Source: an uncultured Gemmatimonadales bacterium
Lineage (GTDB): Bacteria; Gemmatimonadota; Gemmatimonadetes; Longimicrobiales; RSA9
Assembly: GCA_963816355.1 (NCBI GenBank)
Contig: CAWFKH010000003.1
Coordinates: 1,408,001-1,472,000 of the forward strand
Length of the DNA: 64,000 bases
Reading direction: 5' to 3'
The position numbers and the translations under genes are program-made. Numbering within the stretch: position 1 is the first letter of the stretch; the number at the start of each line of letters is the position of its first letter. The notes under the pieces are model-generated. The model saw only the letters and a list, made by a program, of their open reading frames with translations, did no database searches and was not told the DNA's origin. This document shows, piece after piece, positions 1 through 9,263 of this stretch.

Positions 1-403
1 CGCCGCGGGCGGAGAGCTCGTCCCAGGCGCGCAGCAGCTCCTCCTGCGTGCGATGCCTGCCCGCGAGAAACTGGACGTCGTCGAGGAGGAGCAGACCCGT
101 CCCGGCGATGCGCGAGCGGAACGCGTCTCGATCGCCCGCCTCGATCGCCGCGGTGACGTCCTCCATCAACCGCTCGAGCGCGACGTAGCGGGTGCGGAGA
201 TCCGGGTGCGCGACCGCCGCCTGATTGCCGATCGCCGTCACCAGGTGCGTCTTCCCCAGGCCGGACGCGCTGTAGAGGAAGAGCGGGTTGTACGTCGTGC
301 CCGGCACTTCCGCGACGCGGCGCGACGCCGCCGCGGCCAGGCGGTTCGCCGCGCCGACGACGAACGTCTCGAAAGTGAAGCGGGGGTCGAGCTCGTCGCT
401 CAC
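1..403 (-). CDS. DnaA/Hda-family AAA+ ATPase-domain protein (3' end runs off window)
   Basis: Not in the ORF track; my translation from GTG 403 gives MSDELDPRFTFETFVVGAANRLA...YNPLFLYSASGLGKTHL...LLLLDDVQFLAGRHRTQEELL, i.e. DnaA domain III with Walker A/B. The GTG overlaps the upstream stop (GTGA). Confidence 0.85.
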   Translation of the reverse strand, partial: MSDELDPRFTFETFVVGAANRLAAAASRRVAEVPGTTYNPLFLYSASGLGKTHLVTAIGNQAAVAHPDLRTRYVALERLMEDVTAAIEAGDRDAFRSRIAGTGLLLLDDVQFLAGRHRTQEELLRAWDELSARG

Positions 404-906
404 GGCCACCGGCCTCCGGACTCCGGCCCGTCGTACGGCAGCACCCGGCGCACGCCCGCCTCGAGGTCCCCCTCGAAGCTCCGCGCGTCCGCGCTCGGCC
501 GCGCCACCCGGAACGCGGAGAGCGAGCGGATGCGCTCGGCGAGGCGCTCGTAGAAGAGCTGGGCCAGGCCGATCGACGAGTCGCGATCGAAGATCGCCAC
601 GAGGATTAGCTCGCCCGCCGGAACCGTGAGCGGCGCGAGCAGAAGATGCCGCTCCTCGCCGGCGTGATACGTGTTCAGCCAGCGCGGCCGGCCCGTGATG
701 CGCGCGAGCATCCCCGCCGCAGCGTGCGCCGCCGCCGCGAGCGAAGCCACGTTCACGATCTGGAGGCGGCCGCGGAAGCCGTGTTGCGCCACGACCTGGC
801 CGCTGCTGCTGACGAGCAGCGCCACGCGCACACGGCTCTCGCGGACGAACTCCGCGATCGGCTCCCGCACCGCTTCGACGACGAGCGGCAGATCGCTCTC
901 TCTCAC
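400..906 (-). CDS. Roadblock/LC7 (MglB-like) protein
   Basis: ALLVSSSGQVVAQHG...VASLAAAAHAAA...LVAIFDRDSSIGL resembles MglB; coupled to both neighbours. Confidence 0.7.
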   Translation of the reverse strand: MRESDLPLVVEAVREPIAEFVRESRVRVALLVSSSGQVVAQHGFRGRLQIVNVASLAAAAHAAAGMLARITGRPRWLNTYHAGEERHLLLAPLTVPAGELILVAIFDRDSSIGLAQLFYERLAERIRSLSAFRVARPSADARSFEGDLEAGVRRVLPYDGPESGGRWP

Positions 907-1253
907 GACAGCGCCTCCATGGCGCGCCGCGCCTCTAGCCGCACCAGCCCGAGCGGCGCCCGGGCGTCGGCGAGGACGACGACGGCGAGGCCGCGCGGCG
1001 CCATGACGGCCACCAGCTGCCCGTGCTCGGAGACGACCTGGACCGCGCGCAGGCCACCCAGTCCCGGCGCTTCCGTGGCGCGCGCCGCGCGCCGCAGCAG
1101 CGATCCCGCGAGAGCGGCCAGGGCGCCTCCCTCGACGTCCGCCTGCAGCTCGCCGGCGACCGGCACGCCCGCCTCGCAGTCGATCACGAGCGCCCCCCGG
1201 ACGCCTGGCACCCGCGTCAACCGGTCGAGCGACCCGCTGAATTCCCCGCTCAT
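903..1253 (-). CDS. Roadblock/LC7 domain protein
   Basis: PGVRGALVIDCEAGVPVA...ALAALAGSL...APLGLVRL pattern; ATG 1253 overlaps the upstream TGA. Confidence 0.8.
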   Translation of the reverse strand: MSGEFSGSLDRLTRVPGVRGALVIDCEAGVPVAGELQADVEGGALAALAGSLLRRAARATEAPGLGGLRAVQVVSEHGQLVAVMAPRGLAVVVLADARAPLGLVRLEARRAMEALS

Positions 1254-2215
1254 GCGTCTCCCTCCAGAAAACGGCGTCCGATCTCCGCCGCGCGCTGCGC
1301 CGTACGTCCCACCCACCCCGCCGGCGCGTCCGGCGCCACCGCCACGACGAGCACGTGACCGTCGTCGATCACGGTCGCGTCGAGCACGGCGCCCTCCGCC
1401 TCCATCACGAGGCGCTCCCAGCGTCCCATGCGCAGGTGCGCCGCGGCGCGGGCGGCTTCGTCGAGAGCGGGCCCCAGCACCGCGCCCAGCGCTTCCGCCG
1501 CGCCATCGCCATCGTCCAGCCGCCCCGCGACCACCAGCCCGTCCGCGTCGATCATCACCGCGCCCCGGAACGGGCGCTCCCGTGAGAGCGCCTCGAAGAG
1601 GCGCGTCGGATCCAGCGACGACGCCCGCGCCGCTGCGGATGCGCCCTCCGGCCCGGGCGGCGCCGCGGCTTCCGCGGCCGGCCCGAGCGGCACGGCTCGC
1701 TCCGGCGGGAATGCGCTCACCGGCGCCGGCGACGTCGCGGCTTCCAACGCCGGCGCCGGCCCCGCGGGCTCGACGTCGCGGCCGGCGGCGGCGGCTTCCC
1801 CGCCCTGCCGCTCCCGCAGGAGGGCCACGGCGCCCGCGACGGTGCGGTCGCCGGGTCTCAGGGAGAGGGCGCGCAGGAGGTGCTGCTCGGCGTCGTCGAG
1901 GTCACCCTGCTGGAGCGCGGAGAAGCCGAGCCCGCGGTGCGCCTCGAAGTTGTCCGGATCGAGCCGCGCGACGGTCGCCCATTCGTCGGCCGCCCGCTCG
2001 CGCTGGCCGGCGGCGAGGTGGAGGCGTCCGAGAAGCGCATGGGCGTCGACGTGGAGCGGGTGGTGGGCGAGGCCGCGCAGGCACACGCGAAGCGCAGCGT
2101 CGTGGCGGCCCTGGCGCATGTACACCTCCGCCAGGCGGATGAAGGAGGGCGCGCCCGGGTCGCGGGCGACCTCGTCGCTCCAGCGCTGGTAGTCGGTCGG
2201 GGATACGGTCGTCAT
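1250..2215 (-). CDS. TPR + C-terminal Roadblock/LC7 domain protein
   Basis: Starts MTTVSPTDYQRW; TPR helices, Pro/Ala linker, then FRGAVMIDADGLVVAG roadblock-like domain. Confidence 0.75.
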   Translation of the reverse strand: MTTVSPTDYQRWSDEVARDPGAPSFIRLAEVYMRQGRHDAALRVCLRGLAHHPLHVDAHALLGRLHLAAGQRERAADEWATVARLDPDNFEAHRGLGFSALQQGDLDDAEQHLLRALSLRPGDRTVAGAVALLRERQGGEAAAAGRDVEPAGPAPALEAATSPAPVSAFPPERAVPLGPAAEAAAPPGPEGASAAARASSLDPTRLFEALSRERPFRGAVMIDADGLVVAGRLDDGDGAAEALGAVLGPALDEAARAAAHLRMGRWERLVMEAEGAVLDATVIDDGHVLVVAVAPDAPAGWVGRTAQRAAEIGRRFLEGDA

Positions 2216-3345
2216 GATTCGTCGGCCGAGGGGAGTTCCAGGACTTCGATGAGCGTGCGCACCGCCGCGAGTCCGCGCTCGACGTCGTCGCATTGCGGCT
2301 CGCCGGGCGCCAGTCGAAGGTACAGCCGCCACGCCGCCGCCGCCCGTGTGAAGTCGCCGATGCGCGTGGCGGCGCGGCCGAGGTGAAGGTGGCCGGCGGC
2401 GTCGAGCGGGTCCAGCGCCACGGAGCGCGCGAACGCTTCCGTCGCCGCACGCAGGCGCCCCTGGGCGGCGAGCGCGAGACCGGCGACGAGCGCCACCTCG
2501 GCGCGGTCCGGATGACTCGCCTCGAGCTCCTCCGCGAGCCGCTCGGCGCGCTCCCCTTCGCCGTGCGCGAGGAGCGTCTCCGCCTCCGCGAGACGGGCGC
2601 GCAGCGCGTGCTCCGGGATGCGGGAATGGCGCTCCTCCACCCGAACGACGCCGTTGCTGACGAGGCCGAAGACGATGCGGCCGACGTCGAACGTGCTGCG
2701 CCCGAGCTCCGCGGCGATGCGCGCGATGTCGCGTTCGCCGTCGATCTCCGCGAGGACCTCCCACTCCTCCGCGCGCAGCTCGAGCGGGCCGCCACGCGAT
2801 ACGTCGGCGGGTGCGAGCACCGGCACCGACTGCAGGCTCGGGATCCTGGACTCGAGGCGGCTCCACTCGTCGACACGGCGGGCGCCTTCCATGAGGAGCG
2901 ACTCGACCGACAGGCGGACCGGCACGGCGCCGTGGAAGACGTCGGCGCGCTCCTCGAAGCGGAAGTGCCCCTCCTCCCAGCCGATCAGGTCGTGAACGGT
3001 CTCGGTGAGCTGGAACGCGAGCTGGCCGGCCAGATCGTTCTCCGCCACGCTGCCCATCTCCACCAGGATCTCGCTCAGGTGACGGTGCGGGTCGCGCCGC
3101 TGCAGCGCGAGCGCGCGCTCCAACTCCCGCTCCGTCAGCTTGCCGGAGCGGAGGAGCTGCTGGCCGAGGCGGCGGCCGGAACGGCGCCGGCGCGCGAATA
3201 CGATCCGTCCCCGCTCCAGGTGCAGCACGCCCTCGTCGTTCTCGCGCTCCGAGCGCACGGTGAGCACACCGGTCTTGCCGGCGAGCTCCAGGAGCTGAAG
3301 CACGTCCTGCAGGCTCAGCTCGCGCAGCGGTCCTTCGATCGGCAT
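2212..3345 (-). CDS. DUF4388-domain + TPR protein
   Basis: MPIEGPLRELSLQDVLQLLELAGKTGVL...WEEGHFRF...LLMEGARRVDEW is typical of DUF4388; C-terminal TPRs. Confidence 0.85.
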   Translation of the reverse strand: MPIEGPLRELSLQDVLQLLELAGKTGVLTVRSERENDEGVLHLERGRIVFARRRRSGRRLGQQLLRSGKLTERELERALALQRRDPHRHLSEILVEMGSVAENDLAGQLAFQLTETVHDLIGWEEGHFRFEERADVFHGAVPVRLSVESLLMEGARRVDEWSRLESRIPSLQSVPVLAPADVSRGGPLELRAEEWEVLAEIDGERDIARIAAELGRSTFDVGRIVFGLVSNGVVRVEERHSRIPEHALRARLAEAETLLAHGEGERAERLAEELEASHPDRAEVALVAGLALAAQGRLRAATEAFARSVALDPLDAAGHLHLGRAATRIGDFTRAAAAWRLYLRLAPGEPQCDDVERGLAAVRTLIEVLELPSADES

Positions 3346-3348
3346 CGG

Positions 3349-5847
3349 TCAGGCGTCCTCCGCCGCGGCGTCCGCACCATCGTCCGCGGTGCCCGCCGCG
3401 GCCCGCGTCGCGCGCCGCCGCGCGACCGCTGCCGCGTCCGCTCGCCCCGCGCGGTCGAGGACGCGCGCCAGCTCGCCGAGTGCGCGGGCCGAGTGAGGGT
3501 CCGCGATGAGCACATCCGAGAGCGCTTCGATCGCGCGCGCGTGGTTGCCCCGCGCGGACTCCAGTCGGGAGAGCGCCAGCCCGGCATCGGTGTAGCCGGG
3601 CAGGAGCGACAGCGCGGTCTCGAAGTGCGCCGCGGCTTCCGCCTCGCGGCCGCCCGACGCCAGGACGCGGCCCAGCCCCGTGTGCGCCGCGGGGCTTTCC
3701 GGGTCCAGATCGAGCGCCGTCGCGAACGCCCGGCCCGCTGCCGCGGCATCGCCCGCCGCCCTGTGCCCTTCACCCAGCGCCGCCCACGCCGCGGCGTCGT
3801 CTCCGGCGAGGGCCACCGCCCGCTCCAGCGACGTCGCCGCCTCCGCGCCCGCGCCCGCGGCGAGCAGGGATTCGCCGAGGAGGCGGTGCGCGGAGGCGTC
3901 CGCGGGATCCAGGCGCGTGAGACGGAGCGCGGCGTCGCGCGCGGCGCCCACCTCGCCCAGCACGATCGAGCACCGCGCGAGCCCGCGCAGCGCGCGGCGG
4001 AGCGAGTCCGAGTCCAGGCCCGCCACCAATTCGCGCTCGAGAACGTGCCGGAAGCGCTCGGCCGCCCCGGCCGCTTCGCCCCGCGCGAGGAGCGCCTCGC
4101 CGAGGAGGAGCAGCGGCCGGACGTCGTGCGGGCTCACGGCAAGCGCCTCGGCCGCCAGCTCCGCTGCGCGCTCCGGCTGACCGCGCGCGAGCGCTGCCTC
4201 GGCCGCCTCGAGCGTCGGCGCCGATGGCGCCGACGGCTCGATCTCCGGCGCTGCAATCGGGATCCGCTCGTGTTGAAGCTCGATCAGCAGCGTGAAAGGG
4301 CCAGCACGCGCGGCCGCGTCCCGCAGGCCGAAGGCGGAGTCGACGCAGCGCGGGTCGATGCGCCGCGCCCGCGCGATCGCGTTGCGCGCTTCGGCGACGC
4401 GGCCCGCCTGCACCAGCGCGCCGCCGAGATCCAGCCACGCAGAAGCGTCCACCGTCGCGCCGTCTGCCGCGCGGCGGTAGGCGCGCACGGCCGCCTCGGC
4501 GCTGCCGCGGCGGACGAGCAGCAGCCCCAGGTTGCGCCACGCCTCCGGCGGCGAGTCGTCTTCGGCAGCGGCCGCGAGAAACGCCTCCTCCGCGCCCGCG
4601 GCGTCGCCTGCGTGGTGCAGCGCGACGCCAAGGTTGTTGCGTGCCGGGAGACACGCGCGATCCAACTCGAGTGCGCGGGCGTAGGCGCGGCGCGCGGAAG
4701 CCACGTCGCCGAGCAGGTGGGCGGCGACGCCGCTGTCGTTCCACAGGCTCGGGTCGCGGCGGCCCGCGGCGAGCAGCCGGCCGCACAGCTCCGCGGCGGC
4801 GGCCGCCTCGCCCCGAAGGAGTGCAAGCTCCACCTGAGCCCGGCCCACCAGCGCCGGATCCTCGCCTCGCTCCAGCGCCAGGCGAAGCTCCCGCTCCGCC
4901 TCGTCGCGCAGACCCCGTCGCCACAGCGCGACCGCCAGGTTGTAGTGGGCGAGGTGCCCCTGGCGAGGAGCCGCCGGGGCGCGTCCGCCGACCAGCTCGT
5001 CGAAGCGGGCCGCGCTGTAGCGGTCGAGGGAGAGGTTCGCCTCCGCCCGCGCGAAGCTCGGATTCAGCTCGGCGGCGCGGGCCGAGGCGGCCCGCGCGCT
5101 CTCCACATCGCCGAGGTCGCCGCAGACGAACGCGAGGAGGAGGAACGCCTGCGCCGCGGCCGGATCGAGGTGTACGGCACGCTCGAGCGCGACGCGCGCC
5201 GCCGCGGTCTGGCCGCGGTTGTACAGAATCTCGCCGGTCTGCAGCGCCACGGCTGCGCTCTCCGGTGCGAGCCGCGCCGCCTCCTCCAGGTGGGTCAGCG
5301 CGCGCTCCAGGTCGCCCGTCTCCCGCTCCGCGCGCGCGAGCAGGAGGCGCACGCCCATGTCGCGCGGAGCGGCGTCGCGGAGCGCGGCGAGCTCGTGGAC
5401 CGCCGCGGCGGCGTCGCCGGTGTGCAGATGGGCGAGCGCGAGACGGCGCCGCGCCGCGAGGTCGAGCGGATCCGCATCGAGGCGCGCCCGCAGCTCACCG
5501 ACGAGCTCGACGAAGTGACCCGTCTGGAAGTAGGCAACCTGCAGGTTGCGCCGCGCGACCTGCATGGAGGGATCGATCTCGAGGGCGTGCTCGAAGCGCT
5601 CGATCGCCTCCTCGACCATCCCCTTCTGGTAGTAGACGACGCCCAGATTGTTGTGGGCGCCGGCGTCGTAGGTCGGAACACGGCGGGCGAGCCCGCGCAG
5701 CAGCTCGATCTCGGACGGCGAGCCCGGCGGCGTCCGCCGGGCGCGGACCGGCCGCTCCTCGGCCATCGCCCACGGCGTTCCCGTGGACCCGGCGCCCTCC
5801 ACCCCTTCCCGCGCGCGAGGATCGGCCAAGGTGTTCTCCCGGCTCAC
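3349..5847 (-). CDS. Large tetratricopeptide-repeat protein
   Basis: Many TPR motifs (AHNNLGVVY, ARNNLGVAL, AWRNLGLLL). Start is 5847 (GTG overlapping cheC stop) or a later ATG. Confidence 0.85.
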   Translation of the reverse strand: MSRENTLADPRAREGVEGAGSTGTPWAMAEERPVRARRTPPGSPSEIELLRGLARRVPTYDAGAHNNLGVVYYQKGMVEEAIERFEHALEIDPSMQVARRNLQVAYFQTGHFVELVGELRARLDADPLDLAARRRLALAHLHTGDAAAAVHELAALRDAAPRDMGVRLLLARAERETGDLERALTHLEEAARLAPESAAVALQTGEILYNRGQTAAARVALERAVHLDPAAAQAFLLLAFVCGDLGDVESARAASARAAELNPSFARAEANLSLDRYSAARFDELVGGRAPAAPRQGHLAHYNLAVALWRRGLRDEAERELRLALERGEDPALVGRAQVELALLRGEAAAAAELCGRLLAAGRRDPSLWNDSGVAAHLLGDVASARRAYARALELDRACLPARNNLGVALHHAGDAAGAEEAFLAAAAEDDSPPEAWRNLGLLLVRRGSAEAAVRAYRRAADGATVDASAWLDLGGALVQAGRVAEARNAIARARRIDPRCVDSAFGLRDAAARAGPFTLLIELQHERIPIAAPEIEPSAPSAPTLEAAEAALARGQPERAAELAAEALAVSPHDVRPLLLLGEALLARGEAAGAAERFRHVLERELVAGLDSDSLRRALRGLARCSIVLGEVGAARDAALRLTRLDPADASAHRLLGESLLAAGAGAEAATSLERAVALAGDDAAAWAALGEGHRAAGDAAAAGRAFATALDLDPESPAAHTGLGRVLASGGREAEAAAHFETALSLLPGYTDAGLALSRLESARGNHARAIEALSDVLIADPHSARALGELARVLDRAGRADAAAVARRRATRAAAGTADDGADAAAEDA

Positions 5848-6464
5848 GCCAGCCGCAGGGCTTTGAGGATCACCTGCAGCGAGATCGGATCGGGAACGAG
5901 CACGAAGTGGCCCGTGAGCTGCTCGCTGTCCTCGCCCATGAAGAAGTCCGTGTCGATACAGAGCACGACCTCTTCGACCTGAGCGCCCAGATCGAAATCA
6001 CCGCTCGTCAGCACCGTGCCGGCGGCATCGATGGCGAGCCCCGGCACCGACGTCAGCAGCAGCATCCCCAGGAAATCCGAGAGCGCGTTCAGATACGCGC
6101 CCGTCACGATGTTGCCCACCTCCATCAGTGCCGATCGCTCGATCTCGCCGAAGCCGCTGGGGAAGACGACGTCGTGGCCGAGCAGGATGGCGGCGATGCG
6201 CGACGCCGTGCGCCCCGGAAAGATCTGCAGCGCGTGACCGGTCAGGTCGCCCAGCATCTGCAGCGCCACGGCCGCGATCTTCTCGTCCGGGTCCCCCACG
6301 AGCCCCGGCACCTCCTCGAGCGTCACCATGCGCATGCGCGGGACGCGAACCATGATGCGCCGCGACGTGAGCTGCGACAGCGCGGTCGCGGCGTGACCGG
6401 CGCCGACCGTCGCCACTTCCCGCAGACCGTCGAGCTGCAGCGCGCCGAGCTCGCGGATGTCCAT
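5844..6464 (-). CDS. cheC: Chemotaxis phosphatase CheC
   Basis: DGLREVATVGAGHAATALSQL and SALMEVGNIVTGAYLNALSDFLG. Confidence 0.9.
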   Translation of the reverse strand: MDIRELGALQLDGLREVATVGAGHAATALSQLTSRRIMVRVPRMRMVTLEEVPGLVGDPDEKIAAVALQMLGDLTGHALQIFPGRTASRIAAILLGHDVVFPSGFGEIERSALMEVGNIVTGAYLNALSDFLGMLLLTSVPGLAIDAAGTVLTSGDFDLGAQVEEVVLCIDTDFFMGEDSEQLTGHFVLVPDPISLQVILKALRLA

Positions 6465-6474
6465 GCGCCCTCCC

Positions 6475-8346
6475 CTATTCCAGGCTCAGCGGATCGAGCA
6501 CCAGCGCCGGCCGCCCGTCCGCCAGAACCGTCACTCCGCCGAACACCGGCAGCGTGCCGGCCGGCGGGTCGAAGCCCTTGAGCACGATCCTCTCCCTGCC
6601 GAGTAGCGCGTCCACCGCGAGCGCACGCCGGCCCAAGCCGCCGGAGACGACCGCGGCGGCGCGCTCGACCGGCTCTTCGCGCCCGGCCAGGATCCGCCCG
6701 AGCCGCAGCAGCAGGATCTCCTCCCCGCGCAGCCGCAACCGCTCCGCCCCCCCCTCCTCTGGCCCCGCCCCACCGCCGACGACCGACCCCGCATCGAGAT
6801 ATACGACCTCCTCGACGTGCGCCAGCGGGAGCATGTACTCGTCGTCCGCGACGCGCACGCGGAGCGCGGCGGCGAGGGCCACCGTCAACGGCACCGAGAG
6901 CGAGAAGCACGTCCCCTCGCCCGCGCGCGTCTCCAGCTCCAGCCATCCGCCCACCCTGCGCACGCGGTCCGTCACGAGGTCGAGGCCGACGCCACGGCCG
7001 GAGATCTCGCTGACCCGATCCGCCGTCGAGAGGCCGGGGCGCGTGAGCAGCCGCAACAGCTCGCCGCCGCCGCATACGTGCTCGCCATCGCGCAGGAGCC
7101 CGAGCGTGCGCGCGCGCTCCTCGACCCGCTCGGCCGCGATGCCGCGGCCGTCGTCGCGAACGCGAATGACGACGCGCCGCGACCGCTCCCGCGTCGCCTC
7201 GATGACCACGGACCCGGCATCCGGCTTCCCTGCGGCCCCGCGCTCCTCGGGCGGCTCGATCCCATGGTCGACCGCGTTGCGCACGAGGTGCAGAAGCGGG
7301 TCCGCGATCGCGTCGACGATCTCGCGGTCCAGCGCGACGTCGGCGCCGGAGACCGTCAGCTCGACCCGCTTGCCGAGGCGCCGCGCCGTGTCCCTGACGA
7401 AGCGGGGCAGCCGTTCGAAGGCCTCCGTGAGTGGCACGAGGCGCGCCCGCAGCACGCTCTCCTGCAACGCCGACACCTGGCGGGCGAGGCGCTCCACCAC
7501 GTCCGCGACCGCGCCCTCCTCCCCCGCCAGCGCCCGCAGCCGCTCCTGCACCCCGAGCAGCTCGGCCACACCCTCGCTCAGCTCGTCGAGCACCGAGAGC
7601 GCGACCCGCACCGAGCGCGTCTCCGCCGGCACCGGTGCGCTCCCGCGCTCGACCTCGAGCGACTCGACGTCGCTCTCGGCGCGCACCGCCGCGCGCACCG
7701 CCTCCGGATCCGCGCCGCCACCGAGGAAGACGCGCAACCGTCCCTCGAACGATTCGTCCAGCGCCGCCGGCTCGGTGCCGAGCACGGGCGCCACCGCCGC
7801 GAGGCGACGCAGCACGATCATCGCCCGCGCGAGCTTGAATGCGACGTCGTCGCGCAGGCGCACCGTCGCGATCACCGTCGTTCCGGCGGGAACCGGATCC
7901 TCGCGCCCGCCCTCCGCGGCCGGCGGCCGTCGCGGGCCGCGCCGCGGAGCGTCCACGAGCGCCGGCCGCGCCGGCTCGGTGACGGCGGCGGTGCGGGCGA
8001 CGCTCCGGTCGCCGAGCTCCCCGTCGCCTTCCCGCTCGATCGAGCGGTCGACCGCTCGCTCCAGCGCGTCGGCCAGCTCGAGCAGGCGGTCGATCGTCTC
8101 CGCCGAGGCCGCGCCGGCGTCCGCTCGCAGCGCGTCGAGCCGGTCCTCCAGCCGGTGCGCGGCGTCCACGACGTCGGCGAAGCCCATGACGGCGGCCATC
8201 CCCTTCAGCGTGTGCGCCGCGCGGAACGCCGGCTCGAGCGCGGCCCCGCCACCCTCCCGTTCCAGGTCGAGCAACGCCCGGCCGAGGGCGGCGACGTGGC
8301 CGCGCGCCTCGTCGGCGTACAGCGCGTGGTAGCCGGCAGCACGCAT
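6475..8346 (-). CDS. cheA: Chemotaxis histidine kinase CheA
   Basis: HPt FRAAHTLKGMA; HLVRNAVDHGIE; DDGRGI; SGRGVGLD; C-terminal CheW-like domain; ATG 8346. Confidence 0.93.
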   Translation of the reverse strand: MRAAGYHALYADEARGHVAALGRALLDLEREGGGAALEPAFRAAHTLKGMAAVMGFADVVDAAHRLEDRLDALRADAGAASAETIDRLLELADALERAVDRSIEREGDGELGDRSVARTAAVTEPARPALVDAPRRGPRRPPAAEGGREDPVPAGTTVIATVRLRDDVAFKLARAMIVLRRLAAVAPVLGTEPAALDESFEGRLRVFLGGGADPEAVRAAVRAESDVESLEVERGSAPVPAETRSVRVALSVLDELSEGVAELLGVQERLRALAGEEGAVADVVERLARQVSALQESVLRARLVPLTEAFERLPRFVRDTARRLGKRVELTVSGADVALDREIVDAIADPLLHLVRNAVDHGIEPPEERGAAGKPDAGSVVIEATRERSRRVVIRVRDDGRGIAAERVEERARTLGLLRDGEHVCGGGELLRLLTRPGLSTADRVSEISGRGVGLDLVTDRVRRVGGWLELETRAGEGTCFSLSVPLTVALAAALRVRVADDEYMLPLAHVEEVVYLDAGSVVGGGAGPEEGGAERLRLRGEEILLLRLGRILAGREEPVERAAAVVSGGLGRRALAVDALLGRERIVLKGFDPPAGTLPVFGGVTVLADGRPALVLDPLSLE

Positions 8347-8354
8347 GGCGCCGG

Positions 8355-8717
8355 TCAGGCGAGCACGCGCTGGACGGCTTCGAGGACGCGCGACGGCTGG
8401 AACGGCTTGACGACGAAGTCCTTCGCGCCTGCCTGAACCGCCTCCACCACGAGCGCCTGCTGCCCCATCGCGCTGCACATCAGGATGCGGGCGTCGGGGA
8501 ACTCGTCGATGATCGCGCGCACGGCGTCGATGCCGCCCATGTCCGGCATCACGATGTCCATCGTGACGAAGTCCGGCTGCAGCTCGCGAAAGCGGTCGAC
8601 CGCTTCCGCCCCCGTCGCCGCCTCTCCCACCACCGCGAAGCCGGCTCGGCGCAGGATGTCGCCGAGCATCGTGCGCATGAAGATGGCGTCGTCACAGATC
8701 AGTACGCTTCGTTCCAT
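8355..8717 (-). CDS. cheY: CheY-like single-domain response regulator
   Basis: DDAIFMR, MDIVMPDMGG, CSAMGQQ, DFVVKPF. Confidence 0.92.
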   Translation of the reverse strand: MERSVLICDDAIFMRTMLGDILRRAGFAVVGEAATGAEAVDRFRELQPDFVTMDIVMPDMGGIDAVRAIIDEFPDARILMCSAMGQQALVVEAVQAGAKDFVVKPFQPSRVLEAVQRVLA

Positions 8718-8754
8718 CGGTTCCTCGAGTCCGGGACGTTCGAGAGGCGACCGG

Positions 8755-9156
8755 TCAGGGCTCGCCGAGCACCGTCGCGAGCAGCCACGTCGGGTCGACC
8801 ACCACCGCGTCCTGCGGCGGCGTCTCCGCGAAGCAGACGATGCGACCCACGCGCATTCCGGCGAGTCCGTCGCCCCACTGCACCAGGACGATGCGATGGT
8901 CAGCGGCCGCGGTCGCCGGCGCGGCGCCGGTCAGCGGCCCGAGATCGACGACGGGCGCCACGCGACCGCGCACGCCGATCAGGCCGACCACAGCCGCCAC
9001 ACTGCCCGGCAGACGCGTGTACGGCTGCGGTGGCAGGATCTGGCGAACCCCGCGGAGCGGGAGCGCGAAGCGGCGATCCTCGCAGGCGCAGACGATCCAG
9101 TCCGGGGCCGCGCGCCGTTCTTCCGCTGGCGGCGCGGCCGCTGTATCGGACCGCAA
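8755..9156 (-). CDS. cheW: CheW adaptor
   Basis: YTRLPGS...GLIGVRGRVAPVVDL; TTG start is uncertain. Confidence 0.85.
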   Translation of the reverse strand: MRSDTAAAPPAEERRAAPDWIVCACEDRRFALPLRGVRQILPPQPYTRLPGSVAAVVGLIGVRGRVAPVVDLGPLTGAAPATAAADHRIVLVQWGDGLAGMRVGRIVCFAETPPQDAVVVDPTWLLATVLGEP

Positions 9157-9195
9157 TTCCAGCCTTCCTGTGCGGGAAATCGGGGAGGGACGTCG

Positions 9196-9225
9196 AATTT
9201 ACCGGACCGACGAGGCCGCGGTCAA
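9196..9225 (-). promoter_or_regulatory. Putative sigma70 promoter of the che operon
   Basis: Minus-strand TTGACC-N18-TAAATT. Confidence 0.5.
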
Positions 9226-9263
9226 CGGTCGCCGGCCCGCGACGGACGGAGGCGCGCGACGCT

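Noticed and set aside
1..403. Canonical dnaA / oriC
   Set aside because: Domains I-II are absent, it sits inside a signalling operon, and I saw no DnaA boxes or AT-rich unwinding element.
2293..5982. 1229-aa plus-strand ORF and similar long ORFs (20362-22956, 47724-50945, 59104-61653)
   Set aside because: Antisense shadows of clear minus-strand genes; Arg/Ala-rich with no motifs, as expected at this GC content.
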